Assembly: GCA_013239625.1 (NCBI GenBank)
Contig: MU054212.1
Coordinates: 8,827,084 to 8,891,083, forward strand
Length of the DNA stretch: 64,000 nt
Direction: 5' to 3'
From: Lama guanicoe
Lineage: Eukaryota
Positions 25,606 to 38,870 of the stretch are shown here, in pieces; position 1 is the stretch's first letter, and every line of letters starts with the position of its first letter. The translations under genes were made by a program, and so were the position numbers. The notes below the pieces were generated by a model. That model worked only from the letters and a program-made list of their open reading frames with translations, was not told where the DNA came from and did not search any database.

Positions 25606-25852
25606 GAGAAGTAGACCATTTTAAATGCTTTTGGTGGGGGGCAAGTGGAAAAATACACTGGGACCAAAGGTTTGTTTTCTTAAATGTGTTATTCTAGGTA
25701 ATTCGTACGGTAAGCTTCATTCTTGAACCTAAAATGCTTGTATTTCCTGAGGGGTATGGAGGCGGTCGGACAGGTAACCATGAAGTGTGTTACGGCTGGC
25801 AGAAGGGTGAAAGAATCCCCCATTGGCCCAGAGAGGCCTCAAAGCGGCTTGT

Positions 25853-25985
25853 CCAATATTTTATAATAACTATAAATGGAATATAACCTTTCAAAATTGT
25901 GAATCACTATGTTGTATATCTGTAACTTATATGATATTGTACATCAACTGTACCTCAATAAAAAATAAAACTAAAAAAGAAAGAG
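25853..25985 (+). mobile_element. Short sense L1 3' tail
   Basis: ataactataaatggaatataacctttcaaaattgtgaatcact...ctcaataaaaaa. Confidence 0.8.
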
Positions 25986-27629
25986 GTCTTTCCAAGTGTC
26001 TCTCTGACTTCACCAGGACTCTCATTCCCTGAGCCTGCACACAGGACGGGTTTCTCCCCCCGCGTGTTTGCAGAGGAAGCTCATGCTATGAGTGGAGGCA
26101 GTGGCTGAGGCACGGCCACCTCTGCCGGCTCAGGAAAGTCCAGCTTTGGTTTCCTTGGGCTCCTTTACGTGCGGGAATCCCACAGGGACTTGAGGAGTTT
26201 TTAGAAAGATCAGATGGTGTCACAGCTGGCTCTGGCTGTCTCTTTTTCAGGGGATGTGTAAAAGCATGAGAAACCTTTGGGTTCTGGTTTTTGATATCCT
26301 GGCCTCTGACTGTCACTCTCCGCTCTGGTAGAAATCACTCTACCTGGTGGTTAGGAGGATGGGCTCAGATTCGGACTGCCTCTCGCTGGCTCTGTGAGTT
26401 TGCATGAGTTAATATAAACTCCCCAAGACTCCGTGAAATGGAGGTAACAGTGTACCCCGCTGATGGGTTGTTATGGGGATTAAATGAGATACAATATACA
26501 GCCCCTCCACACCAGGCTGGTATGAGCAAGTGCTCCATTGCACTGTGGTCAGGCTGGTTTCTCACCCTCCCTGGATGCAGCGCTCATCCAGCATCAGCAA
26601 ACACCTCCTTCACCTGGCTGGGCACGGCCGCGGCTGTGTGGGATTCCACAGGGCTCACAGGGTGAGAGGAGATGGAGTTGTGATGCCACCAAGTTTGGGT
26701 GGCTTGTTTTGTGGCCATGGTAGCTGGAACAGGGAATACATAGTGGGCGTGGGAGACTTCTAATTCAGCTTGGCAGGAGATGGGGTCCGGGAGTGCACAG
26801 GGCTTTCCAAGAGGTTACCCCTTGATTGGAGACCACCTGACTCTGGAGGTGGAGTTGGCCAGACCCAGTGGTGCCACCAAGTCTCACTTCCAAGAGCAGA
26901 CGACTCCTGGATTTCGTTAGCAGAGGTGGCTTCTTCTCATTCTGACAGTCCAGGGGAGGTGGCTAAAGTGAAGACCGCTGTGGCCTTGACAGGGGGTGGG
27001 GGGTGGATCACTGCTGTGCACTGCCCAGCAAGGAGGCCGGGCTGACCGCCTGGTGACCTGTGTCTGCAGGAGGTGTCATGTTCCTAGTGCTTCTGGCCAC
27101 CCCACACATACTTCCCAGGGAGAAAAGTTTCAAAGGCTTATCCAGCCGGGAAAGATGTGTTTCTTTGCTTGAATGTAATTAGAGGACTCCTCCAAGTTTA
27201 GCCTGAGTCACCAAGGCTGGGGACCCTCACTGGGTCCCTCGGCCCATGGAGGAATAGAGCCCTTTGAGCCACAAACAGAGGAGCTGGAATAAACATCCCT
27301 CGTGCCAGCTCACCTTTGAGCCTTGAGCGAATACAAATCACCTGTCCAGCTGCCAGGGGGCAGGAAATAGCCTTGGAACTTCTGGATTGAGTAACAGTTT
27401 TGTGGTTCAACCCGAAGTCTGGGACATGAAATGCAGTCGATAACACGCAATGTCAACACAGGGATGTTTACAGCTGGGCTGGGAGCCGAGGCAGGGCTGC
27501 TCTGAGTGGTGACTCAGTGAAACTGCTCTGGGATCAGCCCTGTGGCAGAGGACGCCAAGGAGCCGCCCCACATCCCAACTGCACTCAGATTTTAGTCTTG
27601 AGAATCTCACTTGAAACATGTGGGCTCTT

Positions 27630-28709
27630 TTTTTCAAAAATTAATTTATTAAAAAATTTTTAAACAATTGTGATATAATTGATTAACCCTATATTAGTTT
27701 TGGGTGTATGATGTAATGATCTGATATATGTTTATGTTGTGAAATGATTGCTACATATTTAGTTAACATCCATCACCACACAGAGTTACAATTTTTTTTC
27801 TTGTGATGACAACTTTTAAGGTTTACTCTCTTAGCAACTTTCAAATACACAATATAGTATTTGTACATTTTGTTGTTAATGTTATGTGACTGTTAACGAT
27901 GGTCACCATGCTGTACATTACATCCCCAGGGCTTACTTATCTTATAACTGGAAGTTTGTGTCTTTTGACACCTTCACCCACCCTCCATCCCCTGCCTCTG
28001 ACAACCCCCAGTCTGTTCTCAGTATCTGTGAATTTTGATTTGATTCCACGTATGAGAGATCATACAGTATTTGTCTTTGACTTAATTATTCGCTCTTTTC
28101 ATTATGACTTAGCATGATACCCTCAAGGCCCATCCATGTTGTCACAAATGGCAGGATTTCTTTTTTATAGCTGAATAGTATTTCATTGTATATTTATATG
28201 CATCACATTTTCTTTATCCATTCATGCTTTGATGGATACTTGGGTCGTTTCCATGTTTTGGCTGTTGTAAATGCTGCAGTGAACATGGGGGTGCAGATAT
28301 CTTTCCGAGACAGTGATTTTATTTCCTTTGGCTAAATACCCAGAAGTGAAATTGCTGGATCATGGTTCCAGCAATTAGTTCTATTTTTAATGTTTTGAGG
28401 AAGCGCCATACCGTTTTCCATAGTGGCCGCACCAATTTGCATTCCCATCATCTGTGCGCGAGGGTTCCCTTCTCTCCACATTCTCTCCAGCTCTTGTTAT
28501 TTTTGTCTTTCTGACAATGGCCATTCTAACAGGTGTGATGTTAGATGCTAGATATTAGCCATTTGAGAGATGATATCTCATTGTGGTTTTGACTTACATT
28601 CTCCCAATGATTAGGGATCTTGAGCACCTTTTAATGTACCTGTATGTCTTCTTTGGAAATATTTCTATACAGATTTTCTGCTCATTTGAAAAATCAGATT
28701 GTTTGTTTT
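27630..28709 (-). mobile_element. 5'-truncated L1 with 14-bp TSD
   Basis: TSD acatgtgggctctt (27616-27629) / acatgtgagctctt (28710-28723); poly-T end plus L1 3' UTR and ORF2 end. Confidence 0.9.
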
Positions 28710-28994
28710 ACATGTGAGCTCTTGGAATTTGGTGTGAATTTGATATTTTCACTTTTCTCAAGCATATATCTATAACCCAACGGGATAAACTTGAATTATT
28801 GGTAACATTTTATAAAATGTGTTTCATAAATCCGTAATAGATCATGAAATTTTAGAGTAAAATTTCAAGCTCATATTTTCATCTTACTGTTGGGAGAGAG
28901 AGGCCCAAATTTTGATCTGTAACTCTTTCCTGGGCAATCAGAGTGAAACTGGACATTCCTAACACTGGTTCCACGTCATATGTTAAACCCACAG

Positions 28995-29111
28995 GTAGAC
29001 AAAATGGCCAGTCTCTACAACATCCACGTGCGAACCGGCTGCTTCTGTAACACTGGGGCCTGCCAGAGGCACCTGGGGATAAGTGACGAGATGGTCAAGA
29101 AGCACCTTCAG
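28995..29111 (+). CDS. MOCOS: MOCOS exon 7, catalytic persulfide Cys motif RTGCFC425N
   Basis: VDKMASLYNIHVRTGCFCNTGACQRHLG; CAG acceptor; CAG|GTTGGT donor. Confidence 0.98.
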
Positions 29112-29470
29112 GTTGGTACTGGACCCTGTGGCCCCAGTGCTGGCCAGCGAGACCCAGTGGCTGTGCCTCCAAATGCCCTGGAGGCTGGTCGTGTATCTGG
29201 GGTCGAGCCTGGATCTGCAAGCTCATTTCTCTGAGCCCACCTGTGACTGTGCAAAGGAAAAGGGGTCAACCAAAATAGAAAATGCTGCAAGATAGTATCT
29301 CCATGGCAGTCATTTTTCACTTTGAGGGTGAAAATTGTAAAGCAGAAGAGGGTTTTTAATGGGGCAAGCTAATGTGGACATGAAATTGACAAAAATTGTT
29401 TCACGGGAAGGTTTCCACTTTATCCGTGAGGAATGAGTCACTCTGGCTGGCTTATTTCCTTTCATTCTAG

Positions 29471-29932
29471 GCTGGTCATGTCTGCGGAGACGACGTGGAC
29501 CTCATTGATGGGCAGCCGACGGGATCCGTGAGGATTTCATTCGGATACATGTCCACGCTGGAGGATGCCCAGGCCTTTCTCAGATTCATCATAGCAATCC
29601 GTCTGTGCCCGCCGCATGGCCAACCGCTCCCTCTGGCCACCCCCAGGGAGGCTGGAGCCCCACCAACAGGGAGTGAGGCTCAGGACGCTGTGCCTGCCAC
29701 CGTGGCCACACATAGTCCCTCACCTCAGGAAGATGCTCCACCAGGCACCGGGGTTTGGAACAACTCACCCACCACTGTGGATGCTGTGGGTCTGTGCCCA
29801 CCTCTGCCGGAGGCCACCGGAACCCAGCAGACCCCTTCAGAGAAAGCTGCAGGCGTCCCAGATGGGGACCTTGGGTCACGTGTCATCACCAACCTTTACG
29901 TCTACCCGATCAAATCCTGTGCTGCATTTGAG
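29471..29932 (+). CDS. MOCOS: MOCOS exon 8, end of NifS domain, P/T/A-rich linker and start of MOSC-N (YPIKSCAAFE)
   Basis: AGHVCGDDVDLIDGQPTGSVRISFGYMST...; TAG acceptor; GAG|GTAAGG donor. Confidence 0.97.
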
Positions 29933-30224
29933 GTAAGGGTTTTACTGGCAGCTAAAGACACTGCTTCTTTTTCGTTTACTTTATAATGTTTTTTGATAAA
30001 ACAAAGGTAAAAGTGCAGAAAGTGCAGAAAAGCGTGCAGAAAGTGCAGAAAATCATGCAGAAAATCAAAGTCACATTAGCCACTCTCGTTCTGCCTTTTT
30101 CAGTTTGGGCTGACTTTTGAACATGACCCTGCTGATGGGGAGCCCTGAGAGGACTCTGTTTCTGAGTGTGAACACCTAGTCACTGTTTACAGCTGTGGAT
30201 GTAACTTTCACTGAATGTGTGTGC

Positions 30225-30435
30225 TGGCTCCCTGCTGAAGCATTGTACCTACTTTGTTTCATTTGATTCTGAAAACAGTAATATGAGGTGTGTGGTAATA
30301 TATCACCCCCATTTTATAGACATAGAGCCTGGGGGCTACTGAGGTTGAGCACTTTGCCCAGTTCATGACCCCCTAGTAAATGACAGAGCAAGGATTTGAA
30401 CCCGGGTCTGCTGACTCCTTGGGTCCATGCTCTCA
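30225..30435 (-). mobile_element. MIR SINE
   Basis: cccattttataga...gaggttgagcactttgccca...ggatttgaacccgggtctg core. Confidence 0.7.
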
Positions 30436-31470
30436 CGAGACGGTTCTGCTCTGCTCTCCCTGTGGAAGTGAGCTACGTCGTGTCTGGAAACACGCTGGCC
30501 TGGCAGTCACCTGAGCCGGGAGACTGGAGTGCCTGCCCTGGGTGGCCAGCTGGCCCTGAGCCCTCTGCTGTGGCCAGGCTTCCTCTGAGTCTGTCTTTCT
30601 ATGATCTGTATGTGTCCCACGTCCCTGGCAAAGGTCCCGGACTTCTGAGCCTTTGCGATGACAGGCTCTCTGGCTCCTGGACACACATACCACGGTCAAG
30701 GCTGTTTGTTGCCTGCATTTCGGGGGTGTTCACACAGAAGCCCGTCCTTCAATCTGAGACCATAAATGAGCAAGTCCTCCTCCACTCCAGAATGGAGGCA
30801 AGTGAGGCGTATCAAGATTCTATTTTCACAGATGAGTCATGTTTCATAGAGGAGCCATGTTGCCCAGATAGCAGGGCAAGAATTAGTGTCCCATTTTACA
30901 GACAAAGACACTGAGACTCAGTGAGGTTTCACATTTTAGCCATCCATCTGCTCATTCAGAAAGTATACACTGAGCACCTGCTACCTGCCGGGCCCTGGGC
31001 CTGCACCTGCTGTCCAGTGATGGGCAAAATGGAGATGGTTCCTTCCCTCAGGGAGTGCGATGTCTCAGAAAGGAAACACTCTACACTGCGTGTGCACACA
31101 CACACGATCTGTCTATCTATCCATCCATCTACCTAAAGCCATGATTTCACACTAATACCTCTAATTCCAGTCCAGCACCACAGGGTTTATTTAGCTGTTC
31201 CCCTTTCCGCATTTGTAACTCCTGTGAGAAACCAGGCTCGCACTGTCCTCAAATGAATACTTATTTGCTCAACTCCTTTTTTAACCAAAATCCCCACTGC
31301 ACCAGCTGAAACCTCACCCCTCTCATGGCAGTTTCCCTCACCCCCAACACAGACACGCTGGCTGAAAACTTGGCTCAGATGAAGAGGAAGAAGGAAGGAG
31401 GAAAGCAGTAATTTACTCGTTTAGGTGACAAATCAAAGGATAAAAAATTATAGACATTCCAACAAACAGG

Positions 31471-31970
31471 TGTGAAGAACTGTGCAGGGCCTGAGATTTT
31501 TGCCCTCCTTGTGAGCTCACAAGCTAGCCTGCCATAGGTTCGTGGATGCTGACAAAAGATGTGAGATCCCTGGGTCAGAGATAAAGGATTTTTTTGCTTA
31601 CAGCCCAGCAGGCAGCATGAGCTTCGTGTTTGTGTGGCTTCCCTTTGCCCTGCCGAGTCCCGAGAGAGGGTCCAGAGCAGCCCAGATGGAAGCTGCAGCT
31701 GCTCATGTTAAGGTGCCCCTAACTCAGGAAACCTGCCTCCTTCACAATAGGGCGCAAGCCAACCTGTGTAGTCTTCAATCAGGAAGGAGCCGTTATCTTT
31801 ACAGTACTGGACTGTGAGCATACCTGCCCTCTACTCCAGGGGGCTGTATGGCTGTTCACTCTCCAAACATCCTGGAAAAGACAGCCTGGAACAAAAGCGC
31901 AGATGGTGCTTCTGCTCCTTAAGACAGATGTGCAGAAATCAGAGATCCATGGAGAACTGCCTCCTGATGA
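31471..31970 (-). mobile_element. Solo LTR, LTR40-like (ERVL)
   Basis: Reverse complement begins ...ggaggcagttctccatggatctct-atttctgcacatct..., resembling the recalled LTR40 5' end; about 500 bp. Confidence 0.6.
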
Positions 31971-32630
31971 TAGATGGTCTTCTAAAAGTTATTTGTAATT
32001 CAAAACATGTTTTCCTTAGAAATAATGATTTAATGGTGGTTTCTGGGCTTTACTACAAAGGCTAATGGTATAGACCGTAATACTGCAGAACTTGAGTGCT
32101 GTGCTAACGGAAGCAGCCATAGTCCATGGGGAGAGGTTATCTGACAAAATCAGAAAAATGAAGGGCAGAAGTAAAGGACTTAACATCTATGGGCCATCTG
32201 ATATATTTTAGTGGCTGCACATTGTATATTTTGGTGAGATCCCACCCCAACATGCCCCTGGATCACACTGCTTTCCTTTCTTCATAACCCCTTACTGAAG
32301 TTTCCAGATTCCTTTGGGTAGTTGATCTGAGTGCTCAGAGGAAAACAGCTGGATGAAATTGATTCACACCTATTGCAAGAATGTTGGTCTCTTAATCGTA
32401 GTACTATTTCAAAAGCATTTTCTTGGCCCCCACCCTTCTTCAGCAGACAGCTGGCTCTGGAAGAGCCCTCACTGGTGGGACCACTGCACATGCAGTGTTG
32501 GAAGCAGCTGGTGTAACTGGTGGACAGAGCACCTGTGAAGACCTGGTCCCATGTTATTGGAATTTCATTAGGTTTCCCCCAGTGTTCTTGCTCTGTTCTG
32601 GATCCCACCCAGGAGACCATATTACATTTA

Positions 32631-32798
32631 CTTATTTATTTAATTTTTATTTATTTTTAATTTTTTTTGAGGGGGTAGATTTTTATTTATTTGTTTGTTT
32701 ATTGGTTTACTTATTTTAATGGACGTACTGGAGATTGAACCTAGGACCTTGTGCATGCTAAGCACGCACTCTACCACTGAGCTGTACCCTCACCTCCA
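32631..32798 (-). mobile_element. Vic-1-like SINE with TSD, nested in an old L1 3' UTR (about 32530-33650)
   Basis: SINE core; flanking repeat ccagg(a/g)gaccatattaca(t/c)tta. Confidence 0.9.
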
Positions 32799-33354
32799 CC
32801 AGGGGACCATATTACACTTAGCTCTTGTGGCTCCTTAGGCTCCTCTCCCAGTTCCTCAGATTTTCGCTGTTTTTGATAGCCTTGACAGTTTTGAGGTGTA
32901 CTGCTCAGGTATTTTTTAGAATATCCATCAGTTTGGGTTGGTCTGATGTCTTTCTCAGGATTAGGCTGGGATTTTGGGTTTGGGGGGAGGAGGACCACAG
33001 AGGTCAAGTGCTATTCTCATCATATGATATCAAGGTACACACTGTCAATGTGACATCACTATTGATGTCAACCTGAATCCCCTAGGTGTTTGCTGGATTT
33101 CTTCTCGGTAGAGCTTCCCCTCCACCCTATTCCCGTGGAATCCCCTTTGGAAGGAAGTCACTAAGTGTAGCCCGTACTTAAGGGGTGAGGAGTTATGCTC
33201 CACCTTCTTGAGGGGGTAACATCTATGTCAATTATTCAGGATTCTTCTATGTGAGAGATTTGACTTTTCCTACTTATTTGTTTAATCCATCATTTATTTA
33301 TGTCAGTATGGATTTATGGGTAAGTATGTCCTACTTTGGGCTATAATCCATACT

Positions 33355-33375
33355 ACATTATTATTATTACTATTT

Positions 33376-33406
<31 letters not shown>

Positions 33407-33422
33407 TTATTATTATTATTAT
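33355..33422. repeat. (ATT)n microsatellite
   Basis: Directly visible. Confidence 0.9.
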
Positions 33423-34169
33423 CCAGTTTTGGCCATTGGGCACACTTTCAGTTGACTCCTGTGTCCCCTTGACATACCCTCATCATTTTGTTTTTTGAGC
33501 ACTTCCTCACTTTTCTAACACTATAAGGTACTCCTAGCTCATCTTGTGTAGTGCCTGATCCAGCCCTTGATTAACCATTTCTCCAAGGAGTCTTGGTTCT
33601 TTTTATTGGAGGATGGTGTTAAATGCAAGAGCTGGGCACTGGGTGTAATTTGTATTTTAATTTTGTAGAAATATGAGGAATTGAGCAAAACGTCCACGTT
33701 TAAAGTGGATCAACTTAGCAACCATTCCAGTGTAGCCACAATTGTGCAAGAAATCTGTCTGTAGCACCAGGATATGCCTGTTCAGGCATCCACTGCTGTG
33801 GAAGGACACAGAGAAAGCAGGAGCAGGGGAGACCTGTGGGGAGGGGAGCAGGACGTAGGGTTGGGGGGAGACCTGCTCTCATGCTCCCGGAATGTTGTAC
33901 TGTGCACACGCATTACCTACATAAAAAACAGGTTGAAGTGGAGAAGGGTGGAAACTGGGTCTGGAGGGTGAATGGAAGGTATCTCGATCCTGCACAGTCT
34001 CCTTTGCATGGTCTTCTTTGTTTTACTTCCTTCTCTTCCTTACTTTCTTCCTTCAATAGTCTGCATTTAATTCCTGAAGTCCATCTCCATTTGTCCAGCC
34101 ACTGTGTGATAAATGTGAAGATCATTTTTGAGAAGCCCTGGCTTAGAATACACTTACCTTTTTGTGTAG

Positions 34170-34332
34170 GTGACCAGGTGGCCTCTAGGAAATCAAGGGC
34201 TGCTGTACGACCGGAGCTGGATGGTTGTGAATCACAATGGCATTTGCCTGAGTCAGAAGCAGGAGCCCCGGCTCTGCCTGATCCAGCCCTTCATTGACCT
34301 GCAGCGAAGGATCATGGTCGTCCAAGCCCGAG
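34170..34332 (+). CDS. MOCOS: MOCOS exon 9, VTRWPLGNQGLLYDRSWMVV...
   Basis: MOSC-N motif GLLYDRSWMVV; TAG acceptor; G|GTGTGA donor. Confidence 0.96.
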
Positions 34333-34699
34333 GTGTGAAAACTGGGTTCATTTTTACAAAGCAGCTGTCAAGAGTAGCTCTTACTCTCTTATGAAAGTAA
34401 AATCATGGCTTTTCCTCTACTAAATATTAGAATAATCCAAAAGTAAGGGAAATGATGTCTAGAAGAGACAACAGAAAGTTTGTCCCTCTTGTGCTTTTTG
34501 GGGGAGATTTCTGGGAAGGGGTAAAGATCTAACAGTCCAAAGTAAAGTACAGAGAAATTAAAGAGGTGTAAATTTTGACATTATATGTTATCTCCTCACT
34601 TACATTCCTTTTATTTCCTTCACTCATCATATGTATTGCAAGCTTTGATTCTTCCTTGTAGATTCTTATTATGAACTATCTAACACACATACATGGTAT

Positions 34700-34906
34700 A
34701 GACCGTCTCTGTCCAGTGGACCCTTCAGTGATGATGGAAGTGTTCAGCATCTACCTTATCCAGTTTGGTAGCTACCAATCAGATGTGGCTACTGAGTACA
34801 TGAAATATGCCTAATGTGACACTAAAGCGGAATTTTAAATTTTATTTAATTTTAATTAATTTAAATCACTACATGTGGCTAGTGGCTACAGTGTTGGACA
34901 GCACAA
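34700..34906. mobile_element. MER3-like hAT-Charlie MITE
   Basis: ctgtcca...gatgatggaa...atgtggcta...aattttaaattttatttaattttaattaatttaaat...atgtggctagtggctac...ttggacagc with terminal inverted repeats. Confidence 0.8.
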
Positions 34907-35179
34907 ATGTCAAGAATAAGATAATACATACTTAGCATCCAATTTTAACAAACCTTAACATTTAGCCTCATTTGCTTCAATTTCTCCTCCTCTCTCTCCT
35001 TCTCTCCCCTCCATCCTCTCTTCTCCACTTTCTCTTTCTCCTCCTCTTAAGAAATAAAAGCATTACAGACATAGCTGAAATTCCCTAGCTACGTCTCCTT
35101 GGTTTCACTCTTCCTTCCCCACCCCACCTACCATTTATGAAATATTCCAATTTCCCTCCTAACTTGTAGCTGTATTTTT

Positions 35180-38100
35180 TTGATGTATCACTTTCTTCTC
35201 TCTGTGTATATTCATGAGCGTGTTTCTTGGCTGTAGGTATTCTCTTCTGTTCCAGTGGTTTACCTTCTTCTTGACCCAATAAGCCAATTTTATTACTAGA
35301 ATTATAGAATGAATCTTGACCTCTGGTAGGGCATGTCCTTCTACCTCATGCTTCCAAACCATCTTGGCTCTTCTTGGCCTTTTGTCCTCTGTATGAATTT
35401 TAACACATGCACGCATTTGTGTAGTCACTCCTGTAATCAAGATGAAAACAGTTCCATCACCCAAGGAAACTCCCTTGTGCTATCCATGTATAGTCTCTCT
35501 TCTCCCACGCTTAACACCCGGCAATCAGAAATCTGTTCTTTATCTCTACCTATTTTTTTTGAGAATGTGATATAATTAGCATCATACAATATGTGACCTT
35601 TAATATTGGCTTCTTTCACTCAGCGTGATGCCTTTAAGATCTATCTATGTTATTGCATGAATCAGTATTTCATTCTTTTTGTTGTTGAGTAGTATTCCAT
35701 TGTATGGATGTACCAGGGTCTGTTCATCCATTCATCTGCTGAAGGACATTTGGGTTGTTTCCAGTTTTGAGCAATTATGAATAGAGCTGCTCTAAACATT
35801 CATGTGCAGGTTTTTGGGTGACCAGAAGTTTTCATTTCTCTAGAATTAATGCATGGAAGTTGATTCCTGGGTCACATGGTAAAGGTATGCTTACCTTTAA
35901 AAGAAACTGCCAAACCATTTTCTAGAATGACTGAATCATTCCCACCAGCAATGTATGAGGGTTCCAGTTGCTCAGCCTTTAGTATTGTCAGTATTTTTAT
36001 TTTATTTTATTTTATTTTATTTTATTTTATTCATTTCAGTAGGTGTCTAGTGGCATCTCTTCATGATTTCAATATGCATTTCTCTAATGGATAATGACAT
36101 GAAGCATGTTTTCATGTTCTTACTTGTTCTCTTTACATTCATTTTGACTTATGGATTACTTAGAAGTGTGTTGTTTAACTTCTATATATTTGAAGATGTT
36201 CTTGTTTTCATTGTGCCACTGATTTTTAGTTTAATTTCAATAAACTCTCCAAAAGAGAGAACATACTTCATATGATTTTAAGTCCATTAAAATTTATTAA
36301 GGTTTGGTTTATGACCAAGGATATAATTTAGTGCCATGAGTGTTCCATATGTGCTTGAAAAAAAAAGTCTATTCTGTTGTTGGGTCAAGTGTTCTATAGA
36401 TGTCACTTCTATTCAGTTGGTTGATGGTTCTGCTGTTTTTCTATATTACTTGTTGATACTGAAAGAGGAGTGTTGAAGTCCCCAACTGTAATTGTGGATT
36501 TATCTATTTTTCCCCTAGTTCTGTTAGTTTTTGCTTCCCTTAGTATTATTATGTCTTCTTGGTGAATTGTTTCTTCTTTAAGTACTGTTCCTCTTTACAC
36601 ATGGTAATTTTCTTTGTTCCAAAGTGTAAAGCATGAAATTCTTTGTCCAATATGAATATAGCCATTCAGCTCTCTTTTGGTTAATGTTTGCATGGTGCGT
36701 CATTTTCTACCTTTTTCTTCGTTTCTTCTAGCTTTATTGATATTTATTTAACATTTCATAAAATGTGTTCATTTAAAGTGTACCATTCAGTGATTTTTTT
36801 TTTGGTATATTCACAAGGTTGTACAACCATCATCGCAATCAAATTTAGAACATTTTCATCACCCTGAAAGAGAAACCCCATACCCATGAGCAGTCACTCC
36901 CCATTCCTAACCTCATCCCCAGCCCCTGGCAACCACTAACCTACATTCTGTTTCGATGGATTTGCCTCTTCTCCATGTTTCGTATAAATGGAATCATGCA
37001 ATAATATGACTGGCTTCTTTCACTTAGCATAATGTTTTTAAGGGTAATCCATATTGTTGAATATTTCATTGTATAGATATACCATATTTTTAATCCATTC
37101 ATCAGTTGATGGATATTTAGCTTGTTTCCAGTTTGGTTTTTATGTATAATGCTGCTGTGAACATTTATGTATAAGCTTACGTATAAATGTGTGGACATAT
37201 GTTTTCAGTTCTGTTGGGCATATACCTAGAAGTGGAATTGCTGAGTCATGTGGTAACTCTGTGTTTAGCATTTCCAAAGTGGCTCCATCACCATTTTACA
37301 TTCCCACCAGCAACATATGAAGCTTCTAATTTCTCCATGTTCTTCCCAACACTTGTTATTTTGTTGTTGTTCTTTTAATGGCCATCCTAGTGGATGTGTA
37401 GTGGTACTTCATGTAGTTTTGACTTGCATTTCCCTAATAATTAATGATGTTGACCATCTTTTCATGTGTTTATTGGCTATTTGTGTATCTTCTTCAGGAA
37501 AAAAATTCTATTTAAATTCTTTGCTTACTTATTTTTTAATTATTGAGTTGTAAGAGTTCTTTATATATTCTAAATACAAGTCCCGTTTCAGATATGATTT
37601 GCAAATATTTTCTCCCATTGTGTAGATTGCCTTTTCACCATCTTTATGGCTCCATTTTACTTTTAATCTGCCTATATCATATTTGAAGTGAGTTTCTTGT
37701 CTCCAGCATACAGTTGGCTCATGCTTTTTTTAATCCATTCTGACAATCTCTATATTTTCATCGGTGTGTAATGTTGGGATTTTGACTGCAAAATCACATA
37801 TTTTGTAATCATATATTTGTTTTTTTAAGAATTAGGTTTATTTTTTATTTTTATTTTTAATATAGATACTGGAGACTCAGTACTCAGGACCTTGTGCATG
37901 CTAAGCATGCACTTTACCACTGAACTATATCCTCCCCCTAGAATCATATATTTGAAATCATATTTTGATTGTAATGTCATAAATTAATTTCAGGAGAATT
38001 TATATCGTATAATATTGACTCCTCTCTATATAACTAGTATCTTTTTCCATTGACTTCTTTACTTCACAATTTTAATAATATTTTCCAGAAAAATTTTGCA

Positions 38101-38870
38101 CATTTTTTGTTGTATAATAGTTTATTGGAGTATTTTGAGTACTATCTTTTTTGTATTAAATGTTTTAATTGGTTATTTTTATAATATAGACACTCTCCAT
38201 TTTTGTGTATCAGGGTTTTACCCAATACTTTTTCTTAATTCCTGTTAGTTTCACTAGTTGGTCTGAAGATGTTCTTGCATGATCTATGTAAATAGGCATA
38301 TAGACTTTACAGATGATCGTTTCATATCTTCCTTTCCAAGTATTATTTCTTTCTCTCTCTTTTTTTCTCTTCTTACTGCATGGAGTAATGATGGAAGATA
38401 TCCTTTTTTGTTACTGATTTGAATAGAATGCTTCTAAAGTTTCAAAAATAAGAATGATATTTACTATAGGTTTTTTTTGTTTGTTTTACCAGGCTAAAGC
38501 AATTCTTTTCTTATTTAGCCAAAAGGTTTATCATGACTAATAGTCAGTTCTCACTAAGTGCTTTTTCTGTATCTTTTAGCTGTGTTTTCCCCCTTTAATA
38601 TATCAGGGTAATGTCTTACATCAGTAGGTTGTCTGGTACTGAACTATCCTTGCTTTCTTGGGGAAAAGAAAAATGACATTTGGCAGTGATTTTTGGATAC
38701 ATTGATGGATTTAGTCTACTAATTTCTATTGGTATTTTTATACCTATTTTTATTAGTGAGATTGAGATGTTAGCTTCTTTCAGTGTACTTTTCTTAAGTT
38801 TGGATACCCAGGGTATTAACATACAAAAAGAGTTGAATGGATTACTCCTCTTTCTATTCTCTGAAGCATA
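35180..38870 (-). mobile_element. Cluster of nested old L1 fragments
   Basis: Several degenerate L1 3' UTR and ORF2 segments, T-rich on the + strand. Confidence 0.8.
37820..37939 (-). mobile_element. Vic-1-like SINE with TSD aatcatatatttg
   Basis: SINE core ending ctatatcctccccc; aatcatatatttg on both sides. Confidence 0.85.
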
